Shown here: one piece after another, positions 20,833 through 30,722 of the stretch | How the letters are laid out: each line of letters begins with the position of its first letter | How positions within the stretch are numbered: the first letter of the stretch is position 1 | From: an uncultured Gemmatimonadales bacterium | GTDB taxonomy: Bacteria > Gemmatimonadota > Glassbacteria > GWA2-58-10 | DNA: 55,523 bases | NCBI GenBank assembly: GCA_964386505.1 | Contig: CAYLSM010000002.1 | Span: 1-55,523, forward strand | Reading direction: 5' to 3' | Translations under genes and position numbers: made by a program | The notes under the pieces: model-generated | Told to the model about the DNA's origin: nothing | The model's database searches: none | What the model saw: the letters and a program-made list of their open reading frames with translations, nothing else

Positions 20833-21105
20833 TCAGTTGAGCGCGCTGTTCAGCTCGCGGCTCACCTTGAAGACTGCCTTTTTCTTGGCCGGGACCTGCA
20901 CTTCCTCGTTGGTCTTGGGATTGCGGGCTTTGCGTGCCTTGTGGTTCTTCACCTTGAACGTGCCGAACCCACGGATTTCCAAGTGCTTGTCAGAGGAGAG
21001 GCAGTTTTTCACCTCGTCCAGGAACTGCTCGACCATGATTTTTACGTCTTTAGCCGTAAACCCTGTTTTCTCCGCGATCGTCTCGACAATATCCGCCTTG
21101 GTCAT
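20833..21105 (-). CDS. HU/IHF-family DNA-binding protein
   Basis: MTKADIVETIAEKTG...RGFGTFKVK..RKARNPKT signature. Confidence 0.95.
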   Translation of the reverse strand: MTKADIVETIAEKTGFTAKDVKIMVEQFLDEVKNCLSSDKHLEIRGFGTFKVKNHKARKARNPKTNEEVQVPAKKKAVFKVSRELNSALN

Positions 21106-21224
21106 ACCGCGATTCCTCCGCTGATTTATTGAGATTCAATCCTGATATTAACCGGCCTGACACCGGGCATTCAACTGTCCATCCGGCCCACACATTCTCG
21201 TTACTGGCGGAAAATCAAGTGTTT

Positions 21225-21253
21225 ATTCTAAATTAAACCTTCTTATTGTGCAA
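21225..21253 (-). promoter_or_regulatory. Candidate sigma70 promoter of the HU-family gene
   Basis: Minus strand reads TTGCAC-N17-TAGAAT. Confidence 0.45.
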
Positions 21254-21312
21254 GGAAAAAATCCGCTGAGAGCGTTTCAACAACGTGTCCAGGCTCGGGA
21301 GCACAACCCGGA

Positions 21313-21341
21313 TTGACAGGCCGGGGCGGATAGGCTAAATT
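21313..21341 (+). promoter_or_regulatory. Candidate sigma70 promoter of the 2-hydroxyacid dehydrogenase gene
   Basis: TTGACAGG...N17...TAAATT. Confidence 0.45.
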
Positions 21342-21403
21342 ATGCCTTTTACGGGGAGTCTCCCTCCGGCTACCCAGCCCTCACCTGAGCCGAAAGGATC
21401 AAG

Positions 21404-22411
21404 ATGCGACCGAATATAATCGTCCCGGTGCGCGAGCGCTACCGCAGCTTCCTGTTGCCCGGCCGCATGCTCGAGCAGCTCGCCGCTTTCGCCGACATCG
21501 AGGTGGTGGTCGACCCGGCCGACCTGCCCAAGAACGAATACTGCGCCCTGTACCGAGGCCGGGATGCCGTGCTCACTACCTGGAACACGCCCATGATCGA
21601 CCGCGAGGTGATCGCCTGCATGGACAAACTGCAGATCATCTCCCATTGCGGCGGCGAGGTGCGGCCGTTCATCGCGCCCGAGTTTTTCGAGCTGAAGCCG
21701 GATGTCGTCCTCTGCAACGCCTCCAACGTGATGGCCAAACCGGTGGCCGAGCACACCCTCACCGTGGCCCTGACCCTGCTGCGCGGACTGTTCCATTTCA
21801 AGCAGTGGATCAAGGAGGGCGAAAACTGGTGGGATTATGACCCGGACCAGAACCGCAGCCTTCTGCGGAAGAAAATCGGTATCGTGGGCCTGGGCCAGAT
21901 CGCGCGGGAGTTCATCGGCCTGGTGCGGGCGTTCGACGTGGAACTGTGGGTCTACAGCGGCCACATGAGCGAGGCCGAGGCCGCCGCCCAGGGACTGGTG
22001 AAAAAGAATCTGGAGGAGATTTTCTCGCAGTGCGATGTGATCACAATCTCGGCGGCCAACACCCCATCCAACCGTCATATGGTCAACCGTGACCTGTTGC
22101 GCCTGATCAAGCCCGGCGCGGTGCTTATCAACAACGCCCGCGGCGCCCTGATCGATGAGCAGGCCCTGGTGGAGGAACTGCGCACGGGACGGTTCCAGGC
22201 TGCTATCGACGTGACCGATCCAGAACCGCCGGCCGCCGGACACCCCTTACGCGACATGCCGAACGTGCTGCTCACCCCGCACACCGGCGGCCCGGTGCCC
22301 GAGCAGCGTATCTGGATGATGGAGGAGGCGGTGGACAACCTGCGCAATTTCTTCTCCGGCAAACCGGTGCGCGGTGTGGTCGACAAGAAACGTTTCACGT
22401 ACATGGCCTGA
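21404..22411 (+). CDS. D-isomer-specific 2-hydroxyacid dehydrogenase family protein
   Basis: NAD motif GIVGLGQIAREF; catalytic region INNARGALIDE...LTPHTGG. Confidence 0.9.
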   Translation: MRPNIIVPVRERYRSFLLPGRMLEQLAAFADIEVVVDPADLPKNEYCALYRGRDAVLTTWNTPMIDREVIACMDKLQIISHCGGEVRPFIAPEFFELKPDVVLCNASNVMAKPVAEHTLTVALTLLRGLFHFKQWIKEGENWWDYDPDQNRSLLRKKIGIVGLGQIAREFIGLVRAFDVELWVYSGHMSEAEAAAQGLVKKNLEEIFSQCDVITISAANTPSNRHMVNRDLLRLIKPGAVLINNARGALIDEQALVEELRTGRFQAAIDVTDPEPPAAGHPLRDMPNVLLTPHTGGPVPEQRIWMMEEAVDNLRNFFSGKPVRGVVDKKRFTYMA

Positions 22412-22456
22412 GCCTGCCCCGGGTGGAGCGTCGTCTCAGGGCGAATTGTTGAGGTT

Positions 22457-22483
22457 GGGGCACGGCCTGCCGTGCCCTTTTTA
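22457..22483 (+). terminator. Intrinsic terminator after the 2-hydroxyacid dehydrogenase gene
   Basis: gggcacgg-cctg-ccgtgccc followed by TTTTT. Confidence 0.75.
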
Positions 22484-22632
22484 TTGGATTTAATCCCCCT
22501 CTATGCTAAGTGGAGGGGGAGGGTGAGTCGTTGCGTTTTTGCTTCGTGTCGGGGCGCATACAACTGAGCGCCCCGGTGGACACATGGGTCCGCCCCTGCT
22601 TAAGACAAAGAGCCGGGTGTACAGCACAACGT

Positions 22633-22666
22633 AAAAAGGGGCCGCCTTTCACAGGCCGCCCCTTTT
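22633..22666. terminator. Terminator hairpin downstream of rpoZ (A-run/T-run flanked)
   Basis: AAAAA-ggggccgcc-tttcaca-ggccgcccc-TTTT, with one mismatch in the stem. Confidence 0.6.
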
Positions 22667-22689
22667 CAATCTTAAAATACCTGTCCGTC

Positions 22690-22935
22690 TCAGCCAGCCA
22701 CTTCCGGGAACAGGGATTTGGGCTTTTTCTTGCTCATCCTGCGGCTGACGATCTCAAAATTCAGGTCCTCGAAGCAGAGACGGGCGAGGGATTCGGTGGT
22801 TACTTTCTCCTCGATGAACTGCGTGGTCTCGCGCTTCTGGTCGTGAAGCTTTCGGGCGTACTTGGCCGCCACCACACAGGCAATGTACTTCGAGGCTGTC
22901 ACTTTGCGCAGGTCTTCCGGGGTCACTACCAGCAT
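22690..22935 (-). CDS. rpoZ: DNA-directed RNA polymerase omega subunit (81 aa)
   Basis: SKYIACVVAAKYARKL matches the omega core. Internal ATG has GGAGG 8 nt upstream. The full 182-aa ORF would overlap grpE. Confidence 0.7.
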   Translation of the reverse strand: MLVVTPEDLRKVTASKYIACVVAAKYARKLHDQKRETTQFIEEKVTTESLARLCFEDLNFEIVSRRMSKKKPKSLFPEVAG

Positions 22936-23066
22936 TGGCTCAACCTCCAGTGTCGGCTCTACGGACAAACTTATCCGCACACCGCCGCCCATCCCGCCGC
23001 GAAATCTTGTCAACGGGTTGTCGCGGACAGCATTCGGAATTATATTGTTCTTCGTCCAATAGCTGT

Positions 23067-23095
23067 ATTTTAACATGTATGGATTGAATTGGCAA
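23067..23095 (-). promoter_or_regulatory. Candidate sigma70 promoter of rpoZ
   Basis: Minus strand reads TTGCCA-N17-TAAAAT. Confidence 0.45.
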
Positions 23096-23227
23096 TAGTT
23101 GTGACTGCCCGGCCGGTAAGCCGCATTGCGGGAGGCGTGCTTGGTGGGGATAGGGATGGCCCTTGCGGACATCGCGCCCCGGGCGGCGCGACAGACCAAA
23201 ACGAGAGACTTGAGGAGGAATTGAAGG

Positions 23228-23848
23228 ATGAAGTTCAAAAAGGGACATAAGAAAGAGAACGAGCCGCTGGAGAGCTCAGCAGGGGCTGCTACGGCTGAGA
23301 ACGGGATGCAGGCGGAGGCCGGTCAGCCGGTTGAAGCGGCTGGACTGGACGCGGAGGTCAAGGCCGGAGAGGCTGAGGTGGCGGCCGGGGCGGAACAGAC
23401 CTCGAAAGTGGCCGCCCTGGAGGACCAGCTCCTGCGCCTGAGGGCCGAGTTCGCCAATTTCCGCAAGCGCACCGAGCGCGAGCGCGGCGAACTGACCACC
23501 CACGTCAAAGCCTCGGTCCTGCGTGAAATTCTGCCTACGCTGGATGATTTTGAGCGTTTTTTCCGTCATATGGAGGAGCGCAGCGAGAGCCTGGACCGCG
23601 ATTTTGTCCAGGGCATCGAGATGATCCACAAGTCCCTGGCCGGAGTGCTCCAGCGCCAGGGAGTGGAGCCGATCCAGGAGACCGGCGTCCCGTTCGACCC
23701 GCACCGGCACGAGGCCATGCTTACCGCCCCGGTCGAGAGCGAGGAACAGGACCACACAGTGGTTCAGGTTCTGGAGGCCGGTTACCGCATGGGCGACACC
23801 GTGATCCGCCCGGCGCGGGTGCAGGTGGGAATTTTCGGCGGCAATTGA
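23228..23848 (+). CDS. grpE: Nucleotide exchange factor GrpE
   Basis: LRLRAEFANFRKR...FDP..HEA signature; GAGGAGG upstream. Confidence 0.95.
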   Translation: MKFKKGHKKENEPLESSAGAATAENGMQAEAGQPVEAAGLDAEVKAGEAEVAAGAEQTSKVAALEDQLLRLRAEFANFRKRTERERGELTTHVKASVLREILPTLDDFERFFRHMEERSESLDRDFVQGIEMIHKSLAGVLQRQGVEPIQETGVPFDPHRHEAMLTAPVESEEQDHTVVQVLEAGYRMGDTVIRPARVQVGIFGGN

Positions 23849-23876
23849 GCCGGAACGCCCGCTGCACCGACTTTTA

Positions 23877-23905
23877 TTGACAGGGCGCCGCCTTTGTGGC
23901 ATCAT
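23877..23905 (+). promoter_or_regulatory. Candidate promoter of the nfeD-SPFH operon
   Basis: TTGACAGG...N17 ending in TGg...CATCAT (extended -10-like). Confidence 0.3.
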
Positions 23906-24007
23906 GATTTGGGGACGGAAAGCCGGGCTCCCCGCGTTTTTCGCTTTTCTTCACCCTGACGCCGGACCGGGCGGCAGACAGCGAAAAATTCCTGACAGGA
24001 TGGCGCA

Positions 24008-25378
24008 ATGGGGTATCTTGAATTTTTCAATAACACCTGCCGGCAGCTGGCGTTGTTTGCAGGGCTGGCCCTGCTTGCCGGCGTGGCCGGGTTGAGCAAT
24101 GTGCAGGCCGCCTCCGCGCCACGGGTGGACGTGGCCGTGATCAACGGCATGATCGGCCCGGTGAGCCAGGAGTTCATCAAGCGCAGCCTGAAGCGGGCCG
24201 AGGAAAGCGACGCCACGCTGCTGGTGATCCAGCTCGACACCCCCGGTGGGATGCTCAGTTCCACACGCGAGATAGTCAAGATGCTGCTGGGAAGCCGTAT
24301 ACCGGTGGCGGTTTACGTGGCGCCCTCGGGCAGCCGGGCCGGCTCGGCCGGGGTGTTTATCACAATGGCGGCCAACGTGGCGGCAATGGCCCCGGGGACC
24401 AACATCGGGGCGGCGCACCCGGTCTCGATCGGCCTGACCGGCGCGGCCAAGGAAGACAGCACCTCGACCATGGGCGAGAAGATCCTCAACGACACCGCTG
24501 CCTTCATCAAGACCATAGCCGAGCAGCGTGACCGCAACGTGGCCTGGGCCGACTCGGCCGTGCGCCAAAGTGTCTCGATCACCGAAAAGGAGGCACTGGA
24601 GCGCCGGGTGATCGACGTGATCGCCCCGAGTGTGGCGGCCCTGGCGGACTCACTGGACGGCCGGGCGGTGGCCCTCAGCCCGGGCGATACGGTGCGCCTG
24701 AACCTGGCCGGGGCGCAGATCGAAACCTACGAGTACTCCTGGCGTTTCCGCCTGCTCGACATGCTCACCGACCCGAACGTGGCCTATATCCTGTTCCTGC
24801 TGGGCCTGGTGGGACTTTATTTCGAGCTGTCCAACCCGGGGCTGATCCTGCCCGGAGTGGTGGGCGGCATCTGCATCATCCTGGCCTTTTATGCGTTCCA
24901 GACCCTGCCGATCAACTATGCCGGAGTACTGCTGATTGTCTTTGCCACCATCCTGTTCATCGTGGAGATCAAGGTGCCCAGCTTCGGCCTTCTGACTCTC
25001 GGGGGAATTCTTTCTCTGGTCTTGGGGTCGATCATGCTGTTCAAGGGAGGAGGTTCACCCACCATGCCGGAGGTCAGCGTGTCCTGGAGCGTGCTCATCC
25101 CCACGGTGGTGGCCACGGTGGCCTTTTTCGTCTTCGTGGTGGGCAAAACAGTGCAGGCGCACCGCCGGCGCGCCATGACCGGCAACCAGGGACTGATCGG
25201 AGTCACGGCGAAAGTGATCACCGTCCTGGAGCCGGAGGGCAGGGTGTTCGTGCACGGCGAGATCTGGCGTGCGGTATGTCCGCAGGGCCGGGTGGAAAAC
25301 GGCGCGAGCGTGAAAATCACGGCGGTGAACGGCATGCTGCTGACCGTGGAGCCGCTGCCGGAAGAAAAGACGGACTGA
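24008..25378 (+). CDS. NfeD-family membrane-bound ClpP-class serine protease (long form)
   Basis: ClpP-like domain (QLDTPGGML), four or five TM helices, C-terminal OB domain (GEIWRAV). Confidence 0.9.
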   Translation: MGYLEFFNNTCRQLALFAGLALLAGVAGLSNVQAASAPRVDVAVINGMIGPVSQEFIKRSLKRAEESDATLLVIQLDTPGGMLSSTREIVKMLLGSRIPVAVYVAPSGSRAGSAGVFITMAANVAAMAPGTNIGAAHPVSIGLTGAAKEDSTSTMGEKILNDTAAFIKTIAEQRDRNVAWADSAVRQSVSITEKEALERRVIDVIAPSVAALADSLDGRAVALSPGDTVRLNLAGAQIETYEYSWRFRLLDMLTDPNVAYILFLLGLVGLYFELSNPGLILPGVVGGICIILAFYAFQTLPINYAGVLLIVFATILFIVEIKVPSFGLLTLGGILSLVLGSIMLFKGGGSPTMPEVSVSWSVLIPTVVATVAFFVFVVGKTVQAHRRRAMTGNQGLIGVTAKVITVLEPEGRVFVHGEIWRAVCPQGRVENGASVKITAVNGMLLTVEPLPEEKTD

Positions 25379-25445
25379 TCCATTCGTGAACGGCCCGCTC
25401 GCGGACCGGGGCTGTCCTCAACTGCAGTGCGAGGAGGGTTGTGAA

Positions 25446-26234
25446 ATGGAATATTTACCGGCAGTATTTATCCTGGTCGTTTTCTTTTTGATTCTTCTGA
25501 CCAGCATGGTGAAAGTGGTGAAAGAGTACGAGCGCGGCGTGGTGTTCCGCCTGGGCCGCGTGCTGCCGGAGCCCAAAGGCCCGGGCCTGATCCTGCTGAT
25601 CCCGCTGGTGGACCGCATGGTGAAAGTCAGCCTGCGCACGATCACCATGGACGTGCCGCCGCAGGATGTGATCACCCGCGACAACGTCTCGGTCAAAGTC
25701 AACGCCGTGATCTATTTCCGGGTGATGGACCCGGCCCGCGCGGTGATCGACGTGGAAGACTACATGTACGCCACCAGCCAGTTAGCCCAGACCACGCTTC
25801 GCAGTGTGCTCGGCCAGGCCGAGTTGGACAAGCTGCTGGCCCAGCGGGATAAAATCAACGAGGAACTGCAAGACATCCTGGACCGTCACACCGATCCCTG
25901 GGGGATCAAGGTTTCCACGGTGGAGATCAAGCACGTGGACCTGCCACAGGAGATGCAGCGGGTCATGGCCCGCCAGGCCGAGGCCGAGCGCGACCGCCGC
26001 GCCAAGGTGATCAACGCCGAGGGCGAGTTCCAGGCCTCCCACCGTCTGGCCGAGGCGTCGGAAGTCATGAGTAAGCATCCGATGGCCTTGCAGCTCAGGT
26101 TCCTTCAGACCCTGACCGAGGTGGCCTCGGAGAACAACAGCACTCTCGTTTTCCCGGTGCCCATCGACCTGTTCAAGCCGTTCATAGAGCTGATGGACAG
26201 GAGCAAGCGCCCGGCCGAACCGGAACAGAAATGA
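25446..26234 (+). CDS. SPFH/band-7 (stomatin-like, slipin) protein
   Basis: N-terminal TM helix, [12 protein letters not shown], and RA(K/E)-rich coiled coil. GGAGG upstream of the internal ATG. Confidence 0.95.
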   Translation: MEYLPAVFILVVFFLILLTSMVKVVKEYERGVVFRLGRVLPEPKGPGLILLIPLVDRMVKVSLRTITMDVPPQDVITRDNVSVKVNAVIYFRVMDPARAVIDVEDYMYATSQLAQTTLRSVLGQAELDKLLAQRDKINEELQDILDRHTDPWGIKVSTVEIKHVDLPQEMQRVMARQAEAERDRRAKVINAEGEFQASHRLAEASEVMSKHPMALQLRFLQTLTEVASENNSTLVFPVPIDLFKPFIELMDRSKRPAEPEQK

Positions 26235-26366
26235 AATCCGGGTCCGGCCCTCTGGCGGCCGGACCGGCGGATACGCGGTCCAGTCTCCCGGCGCAGGAGC
26301 CGGCGGCGGCTGGGCCGCGGTTTTCTATGGACACAAGCGTGATCTGTCGAAAGGACAACGACCTCG

Positions 26367-27689
26367 ATGCAGGATGAACGGCGGCCGCTCAATGTACCTG
26401 ATACGGATATCAAGGGTTACGACCTGGTGATCGATTTCTTCTCGAACATCGGGCTCAGCCGCGAAGCCTCGATGTACCTGAAGATGTTCCGGGAGAACGT
26501 GCCCTGGCGTTTCGCCGTGGTGCTGATCAGCGCCGAGAGCCTCAAGCGCTCCTGGCGCACGGTGGCTCTCGACTTGGCCTACCTGAGCAACCTGAACCTC
26601 TACCCGGTGATCGTGCTTGACAACCCGCAGGGGGCCGGGGGCAACCTGGTGCCGGCCCTGGAGCGGGAAGAACGGAATGCGCCGCGGGACGGGGTGCAGG
26701 TGAAGCGGTTGATCCGGCTGAACGACCGGCTGGTCTCGGCGGTCTACGCGGCCAAGGGACGCGCCGTGAGCGTGCTGACCCAGCTTTTCGACCTGGGCGC
26801 GCCGATCAGCGATGACGCGTCTTTCGATTTCCGCCGCCTGGTGGACCATGTCAATCTGGTGCCGATCAAGAACGCCGTACGCAACCGTCAGATCCCCGTG
26901 GTCTCGCCCCTGGCCCTGGACAGCGACGGCCGGGTGCTGACCGCCTCGGCCGAGAAAGTGGCCAAGGCCATCTGTGCGCGTATCCAGCCGCAGAAATTCA
27001 TCGTCATCAGCGAGCACGAGGGCATATTCGACATCCAGGGCAACCTGGTGCGCAATATCATCCTCAGCAGCGACTACAGCCAGCTCCTGGCTGACGGGGG
27101 GCTGGATGAGCGCGGCCAGCGCCAGCTCCACGCCGCCATGCGCCTTCTGGTCGCAGTGCCCGACCTCACGCTGCAGTTCGCCTCGGCCCAGAACCTGATC
27201 CACGAGCTGTTCACGGTCAAGGGGCGCGGCACCTACATCCGGGCCGGGCACATGATCCGCATGGCCGACTCGTACGACAAACTTGACCTGGAGAAACTGC
27301 GCGAGCTGATCGAGGACGGTTTCGGGCGTGAACTGGTGGAGACCTATTTCACGGACAAGCCCGAGCGGGTGTTCTTCGAGCAGGACTACCACGGCGTGAT
27401 CGTGGTCAAGCCCCTGGAGGGTGACATTTTCTACCTGGACAAGTTCGTGGTGGGGCAGAAATGGCAGGGTGAAGGCGTGGGCGGACCGCTCTGGCGCGAG
27501 TTGACCAAGTACTATCCAAAACTTATCTGGCGCGCCCGGTCCACGAACCCGATCAACCGCTGGTACCTGGAGCAGGCGGATGGGTTCCAGCGCACCAGCC
27601 AGTGGAACATCTACTGGCTCGGTCTCACTCCGGAGGAGGTCGGACGGCTGATCCCGCGGGTGAGCGCCATACCCCGCACAATCCTCTGA
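26367..27689 (+). CDS. N-acetylglutamate synthase-like protein (amino-acid-kinase fold plus C-terminal NAT/DUF619-type acetyltransferase domain)
   Basis: The C-terminus YLDKFVV....GEGVGG.LW..L......LIWRARSTNPINRWY resembles vertebrate-like NAGS. The N-terminal half resembles the AAK fold. Confidence 0.7.
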   Translation: MQDERRPLNVPDTDIKGYDLVIDFFSNIGLSREASMYLKMFRENVPWRFAVVLISAESLKRSWRTVALDLAYLSNLNLYPVIVLDNPQGAGGNLVPALEREERNAPRDGVQVKRLIRLNDRLVSAVYAAKGRAVSVLTQLFDLGAPISDDASFDFRRLVDHVNLVPIKNAVRNRQIPVVSPLALDSDGRVLTASAEKVAKAICARIQPQKFIVISEHEGIFDIQGNLVRNIILSSDYSQLLADGGLDERGQRQLHAAMRLLVAVPDLTLQFASAQNLIHELFTVKGRGTYIRAGHMIRMADSYDKLDLEKLRELIEDGFGRELVETYFTDKPERVFFEQDYHGVIVVKPLEGDIFYLDKFVVGQKWQGEGVGGPLWRELTKYYPKLIWRARSTNPINRWYLEQADGFQRTSQWNIYWLGLTPEEVGRLIPRVSAIPRTIL

Positions 27690-27702
27690 GCCGGCCTCCG
27701 GC

Positions 27703-29676
27703 TTAGAGCGGCAGCTTGACCGTGAAACTGGTTCCCAGGCCGGGCCTGCTCTTGACATACACCTCGCCGTCGTGCTGGCGCAGAAGGTTGAGCGCTACGG
27801 AGAGGCCCAGTCCGGAGCCCCGGCTTTTGTTCTTGGTGGTGTAGTAGGCGTCGAAAATGCGGTTCAGGTGCTCGGACTGGATGCCCACCCCTGTGTCGGT
27901 GAAACGTACGTAGATCGCGCCGCGGTGCAGGTAGGTGTGCACGTGGAGCGTGCCGCCCTGGGGCATGGCCTCGCAGGCGTTGAGCACGAAATTCAGGAAT
28001 ACCCGCTGAAGGGCGGCCGAACTGCCGCGGACCGTGGGCAGACGGGTGGCCAGGCTGGCCTGGACTATCACGCTGGAGTTTTCGAGCTGACCGGCGGCCA
28101 GGCCCAGGGTGCGTCGCAGCACCTGGTTGATCTGTATCCTGCGCTTCGGGGAGCGTCCGGGGGTGTGGATTTCCTGGAGCTGACGGACTGTCTCGCCGAT
28201 AGTCCTCAGCCCGGTGTGGATCCCATCGAGCAGGTCCTGCTCGCGCCGCCCGGGCTTGAGGCTGCGGGCCAGCAGCTCCAGGTTGATAGTCACCGCCTGC
28301 AGCGGGTTGTTGATCTCGTGGGCCAGACCGGCGGCCAGGCTGCCCGAGGCCGAAAGGCGCTCGCTCAGGATACGGAACGATTCGAGCAGCTTGCGGTCGG
28401 TGTTGTCGCGCACGAACAGGGCGAAAAGGTGGCCGGGCACGTCGATCTGGCTGCGCGAGACACTCAGCCAGCGGCTCTGGCCGTCCGGTGCGATCAGTTC
28501 TTTCTCCCAGATTTCGCTTTCGAGGGTCTCGCCCGGAGCGGTGTTCTCGGGGAACAGAAGCCCGGCCTCGACCTCCGCCGGGCGGAGCGTGAACTGGCGC
28601 ATTATCCGCTCGAACGCGGGGTTCATCTCCAGCAGGTGGCTGCCGCGGAACAGGGCGAAACCGGCCGCGGTGTTGTTGAGCACAGCGCGGTACTTGGCCT
28701 CGGACTCGGCCAGGCGCTCGATCAGCAGGGCGCTGTTCAGGGCGCGGGCGATACGCAGCTCCAGGTGGTCGAGCTGCTCCATGAGTTCGCCGCTCAGTTG
28801 GCGGTTTTTGCGGCAGGCCACGGCCAGAAGGCCCAGCAGGTCGCTTTTCCCCACCCGCAGCGGCTGCAGCAGGAGGCAGCGCACGCCGGAGTTTTCACGC
28901 AGCGCCAGCCCCAGCCGGACTTTCTCGTCGCTGGCCGGGTTGTGGACAATGCAGCGCCCGTTCAACTGCTCTTCGGTGAAATGGCGCGGGATGGACTTGG
29001 GCAGTATCTCTTCCGGATCGCGGGTGCAGGCCTGGCGCAGGCCCCCGGCCCGGTTAAGGTAGAGCGCCCCGGTCTCCATGTTTAGCAGCTCCATGGCCAG
29101 GTCGAGTGAAACGTGCACGGTCTGGCGCAGGTCGCCGCTGTGGTCGATCAGGCGGTCGAGGTTGAACAGCATGGCGCTCAGGCGTTCCTGACGGTGCAGG
29201 CTGGATTCCAGGCGTCGCTGGCCGCTCAGGTCGCGCAGTATCAGGATGAACGAGACAGGGCTTTCGGCCGAGCGCAGGCGTGAGACCCGCGCCTCGACCG
29301 GCAGCGCGGAACCGTCCGTTCGCAGCAGGCTGATTTGCATCGGGGGGGCGTTCTGCTCGTTCTGCGGGATGGCGAGGTAGGAGGCCAGCAGACGCATCAG
29401 GTCGCCGGGGGCCAGGAAATCGGCCAGAGGGATGGAATTCAGTTCCTCGGCGGAGCGCCCGGCCAGTTCCTCCAGGCTGCGGTTGGTTCCGTTGATCCGG
29501 CAGTCGGTCAGTCCGGTGCCCTCGACCAGGACAGCGCCCTGACCGGATTCGGAAAAAAGGCGGAACAGAAAGTTGAAATCCCGGCTGTCGAGCCGTTCAT
29601 TGCCGGGTTTCCGTCGGTTGCTCATGCTGCCGCCCTGTTGATGTAATGTGTGGAACTTTAAATTATTCAAGAACAT
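27703..29676 (-). CDS. PAS/GAF sensor histidine kinase
   Basis: H-box AHEINNPLQAV; HATPase boxes NACEAM, DTGVGI, GSGLGLSV. Alternative start at 29625. Confidence 0.9.
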   Translation of the reverse strand: MFLNNLKFHTLHQQGGSMSNRRKPGNERLDSRDFNFLFRLFSESGQGAVLVEGTGLTDCRINGTNRSLEELAGRSAEELNSIPLADFLAPGDLMRLLASYLAIPQNEQNAPPMQISLLRTDGSALPVEARVSRLRSAESPVSFILILRDLSGQRRLESSLHRQERLSAMLFNLDRLIDHSGDLRQTVHVSLDLAMELLNMETGALYLNRAGGLRQACTRDPEEILPKSIPRHFTEEQLNGRCIVHNPASDEKVRLGLALRENSGVRCLLLQPLRVGKSDLLGLLAVACRKNRQLSGELMEQLDHLELRIARALNSALLIERLAESEAKYRAVLNNTAAGFALFRGSHLLEMNPAFERIMRQFTLRPAEVEAGLLFPENTAPGETLESEIWEKELIAPDGQSRWLSVSRSQIDVPGHLFALFVRDNTDRKLLESFRILSERLSASGSLAAGLAHEINNPLQAVTINLELLARSLKPGRREQDLLDGIHTGLRTIGETVRQLQEIHTPGRSPKRRIQINQVLRRTLGLAAGQLENSSVIVQASLATRLPTVRGSSAALQRVFLNFVLNACEAMPQGGTLHVHTYLHRGAIYVRFTDTGVGIQSEHLNRIFDAYYTTKNKSRGSGLGLSVALNLLRQHDGEVYVKSRPGLGTSFTVKLPL

Positions 29677-29712
29677 CCATAGCTGTCAAGATGGATAGAT
29701 TGGATTGGGTCA

Positions 29713-30696
29713 GTGATAGATGACAGCGGTCAGCCCAGGCTGGCGGCTGCAGTCGGGGTGATCTGCCGCGACTGCCTGGGCCTGCGGCCCGCCGAGACCC
29801 TTCTGCTGGTGGCCGATCCGTTCGGCCTGGAAACAGCCGAGGTGATTCTGCAGTATGCTCAGGTGGGCGGGTTCCGCTGCCGCCTGGCCCCGATCCCGCT
29901 GGTGGAGCGCGCCGGGCAGGCGCCGGCGGGTTTCGGCCGCGAGCTTCTGGCCTCGGCTGAGGCAGTGCTTCTTCTCACCTGGCGCTCGCTGTCGCACACC
30001 GAGGCGCGCCGTCAGGCCTGCCGTCAGGACCAGGTCCGGATTGCCTCACTGCCGGGGTTCCGCCTGGAGATGCTGGGCCGCCTGTTCCCGCCCGGCTCGG
30101 CCGGGGAGGTGGCCGCGGAAACGGAAAAGACCGCCGCGCTGCTGGCCGGGGCGGACCGGGTGCGGGTGTGCACGGAGGCGGGCACGGATATCACGTTCTC
30201 GCTGGCTGGACGGCGTATCTATCTGGACACTGGTCTCTACCGCGAGCCGGGGCGTTTCGGCAACCTGCCTGCGGGCGAGATCGCCGCTGCCCCGGTCGAG
30301 GGCAGCGCCGAGGGCGTTCTGGCGGTGGACGTGGCTTTCGCCGGGCTGGGCGAGGTGGAGGGGCTGCGGCTTTATCTCGATGGCGGCAGTCTCCGCGCGG
30401 CCGAGGGGCCCGGGGCGCAGGAGGTCCTCAAGCTGCTGGATGGTCCGGCCGAGCGCGTCTCGGCTGAGTTCGGGATCGGCACCAACAGTCTGGCGCGCAC
30501 CGGAGCGCTCACCCTGGAGGCCGAAAAGGCCTGCGGCACGGTGCATTTCGCTTTCGGCGACAGCCGCTCGTTCGGCGGCGGCAACGCCGCCTCGGGTCAC
30601 TGGGACGCCGTGCTGCGCTGCGGCTGGATCGAGGTGGACGGACGCCGGGTGGAGCTGCCCAGTCCGGTGGAAAGACGGACCCAGGGGCAGGACTGA
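29713..30696 (+). CDS. M29-family (aminopeptidase T/S-like) aminopeptidase, short form
   Basis: NLPAGEI...EFGIGTN...GTVHFAFGDS pattern; GTG start. Confidence 0.75.
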   Translation: MIDDSGQPRLAAAVGVICRDCLGLRPAETLLLVADPFGLETAEVILQYAQVGGFRCRLAPIPLVERAGQAPAGFGRELLASAEAVLLLTWRSLSHTEARRQACRQDQVRIASLPGFRLEMLGRLFPPGSAGEVAAETEKTAALLAGADRVRVCTEAGTDITFSLAGRRIYLDTGLYREPGRFGNLPAGEIAAAPVEGSAEGVLAVDVAFAGLGEVEGLRLYLDGGSLRAAEGPGAQEVLKLLDGPAERVSAEFGIGTNSLARTGALTLEAEKACGTVHFAFGDSRSFGGGNAASGHWDAVLRCGWIEVDGRRVELPSPVERRTQGQD

Positions 30697-30722
30697 AGCT
30701 TGGACAAACGGGTGATGTATCC

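Noticed and set aside
22936-23227. Possible ncRNA or CIRCE in the 292-bp rpoZ-grpE divergent region
   Set aside because: There is no CIRCE half-site and no motif of RNase P, tmRNA, SRP or 6S RNA that I can recognise. The region is adequately explained by a strong rpoZ promoter, its 5'UTR and the grpE upstream region.
22690-23238. Full 182-aa ORF as a single gene
   Set aside because: It would overlap the divergent grpE start, and the N-terminal 101 residues show no protein-like features. An internal ATG with GGAGG at -8 yields an 81-aa omega-subunit-like protein, and a good promoter lies inside the discarded part.
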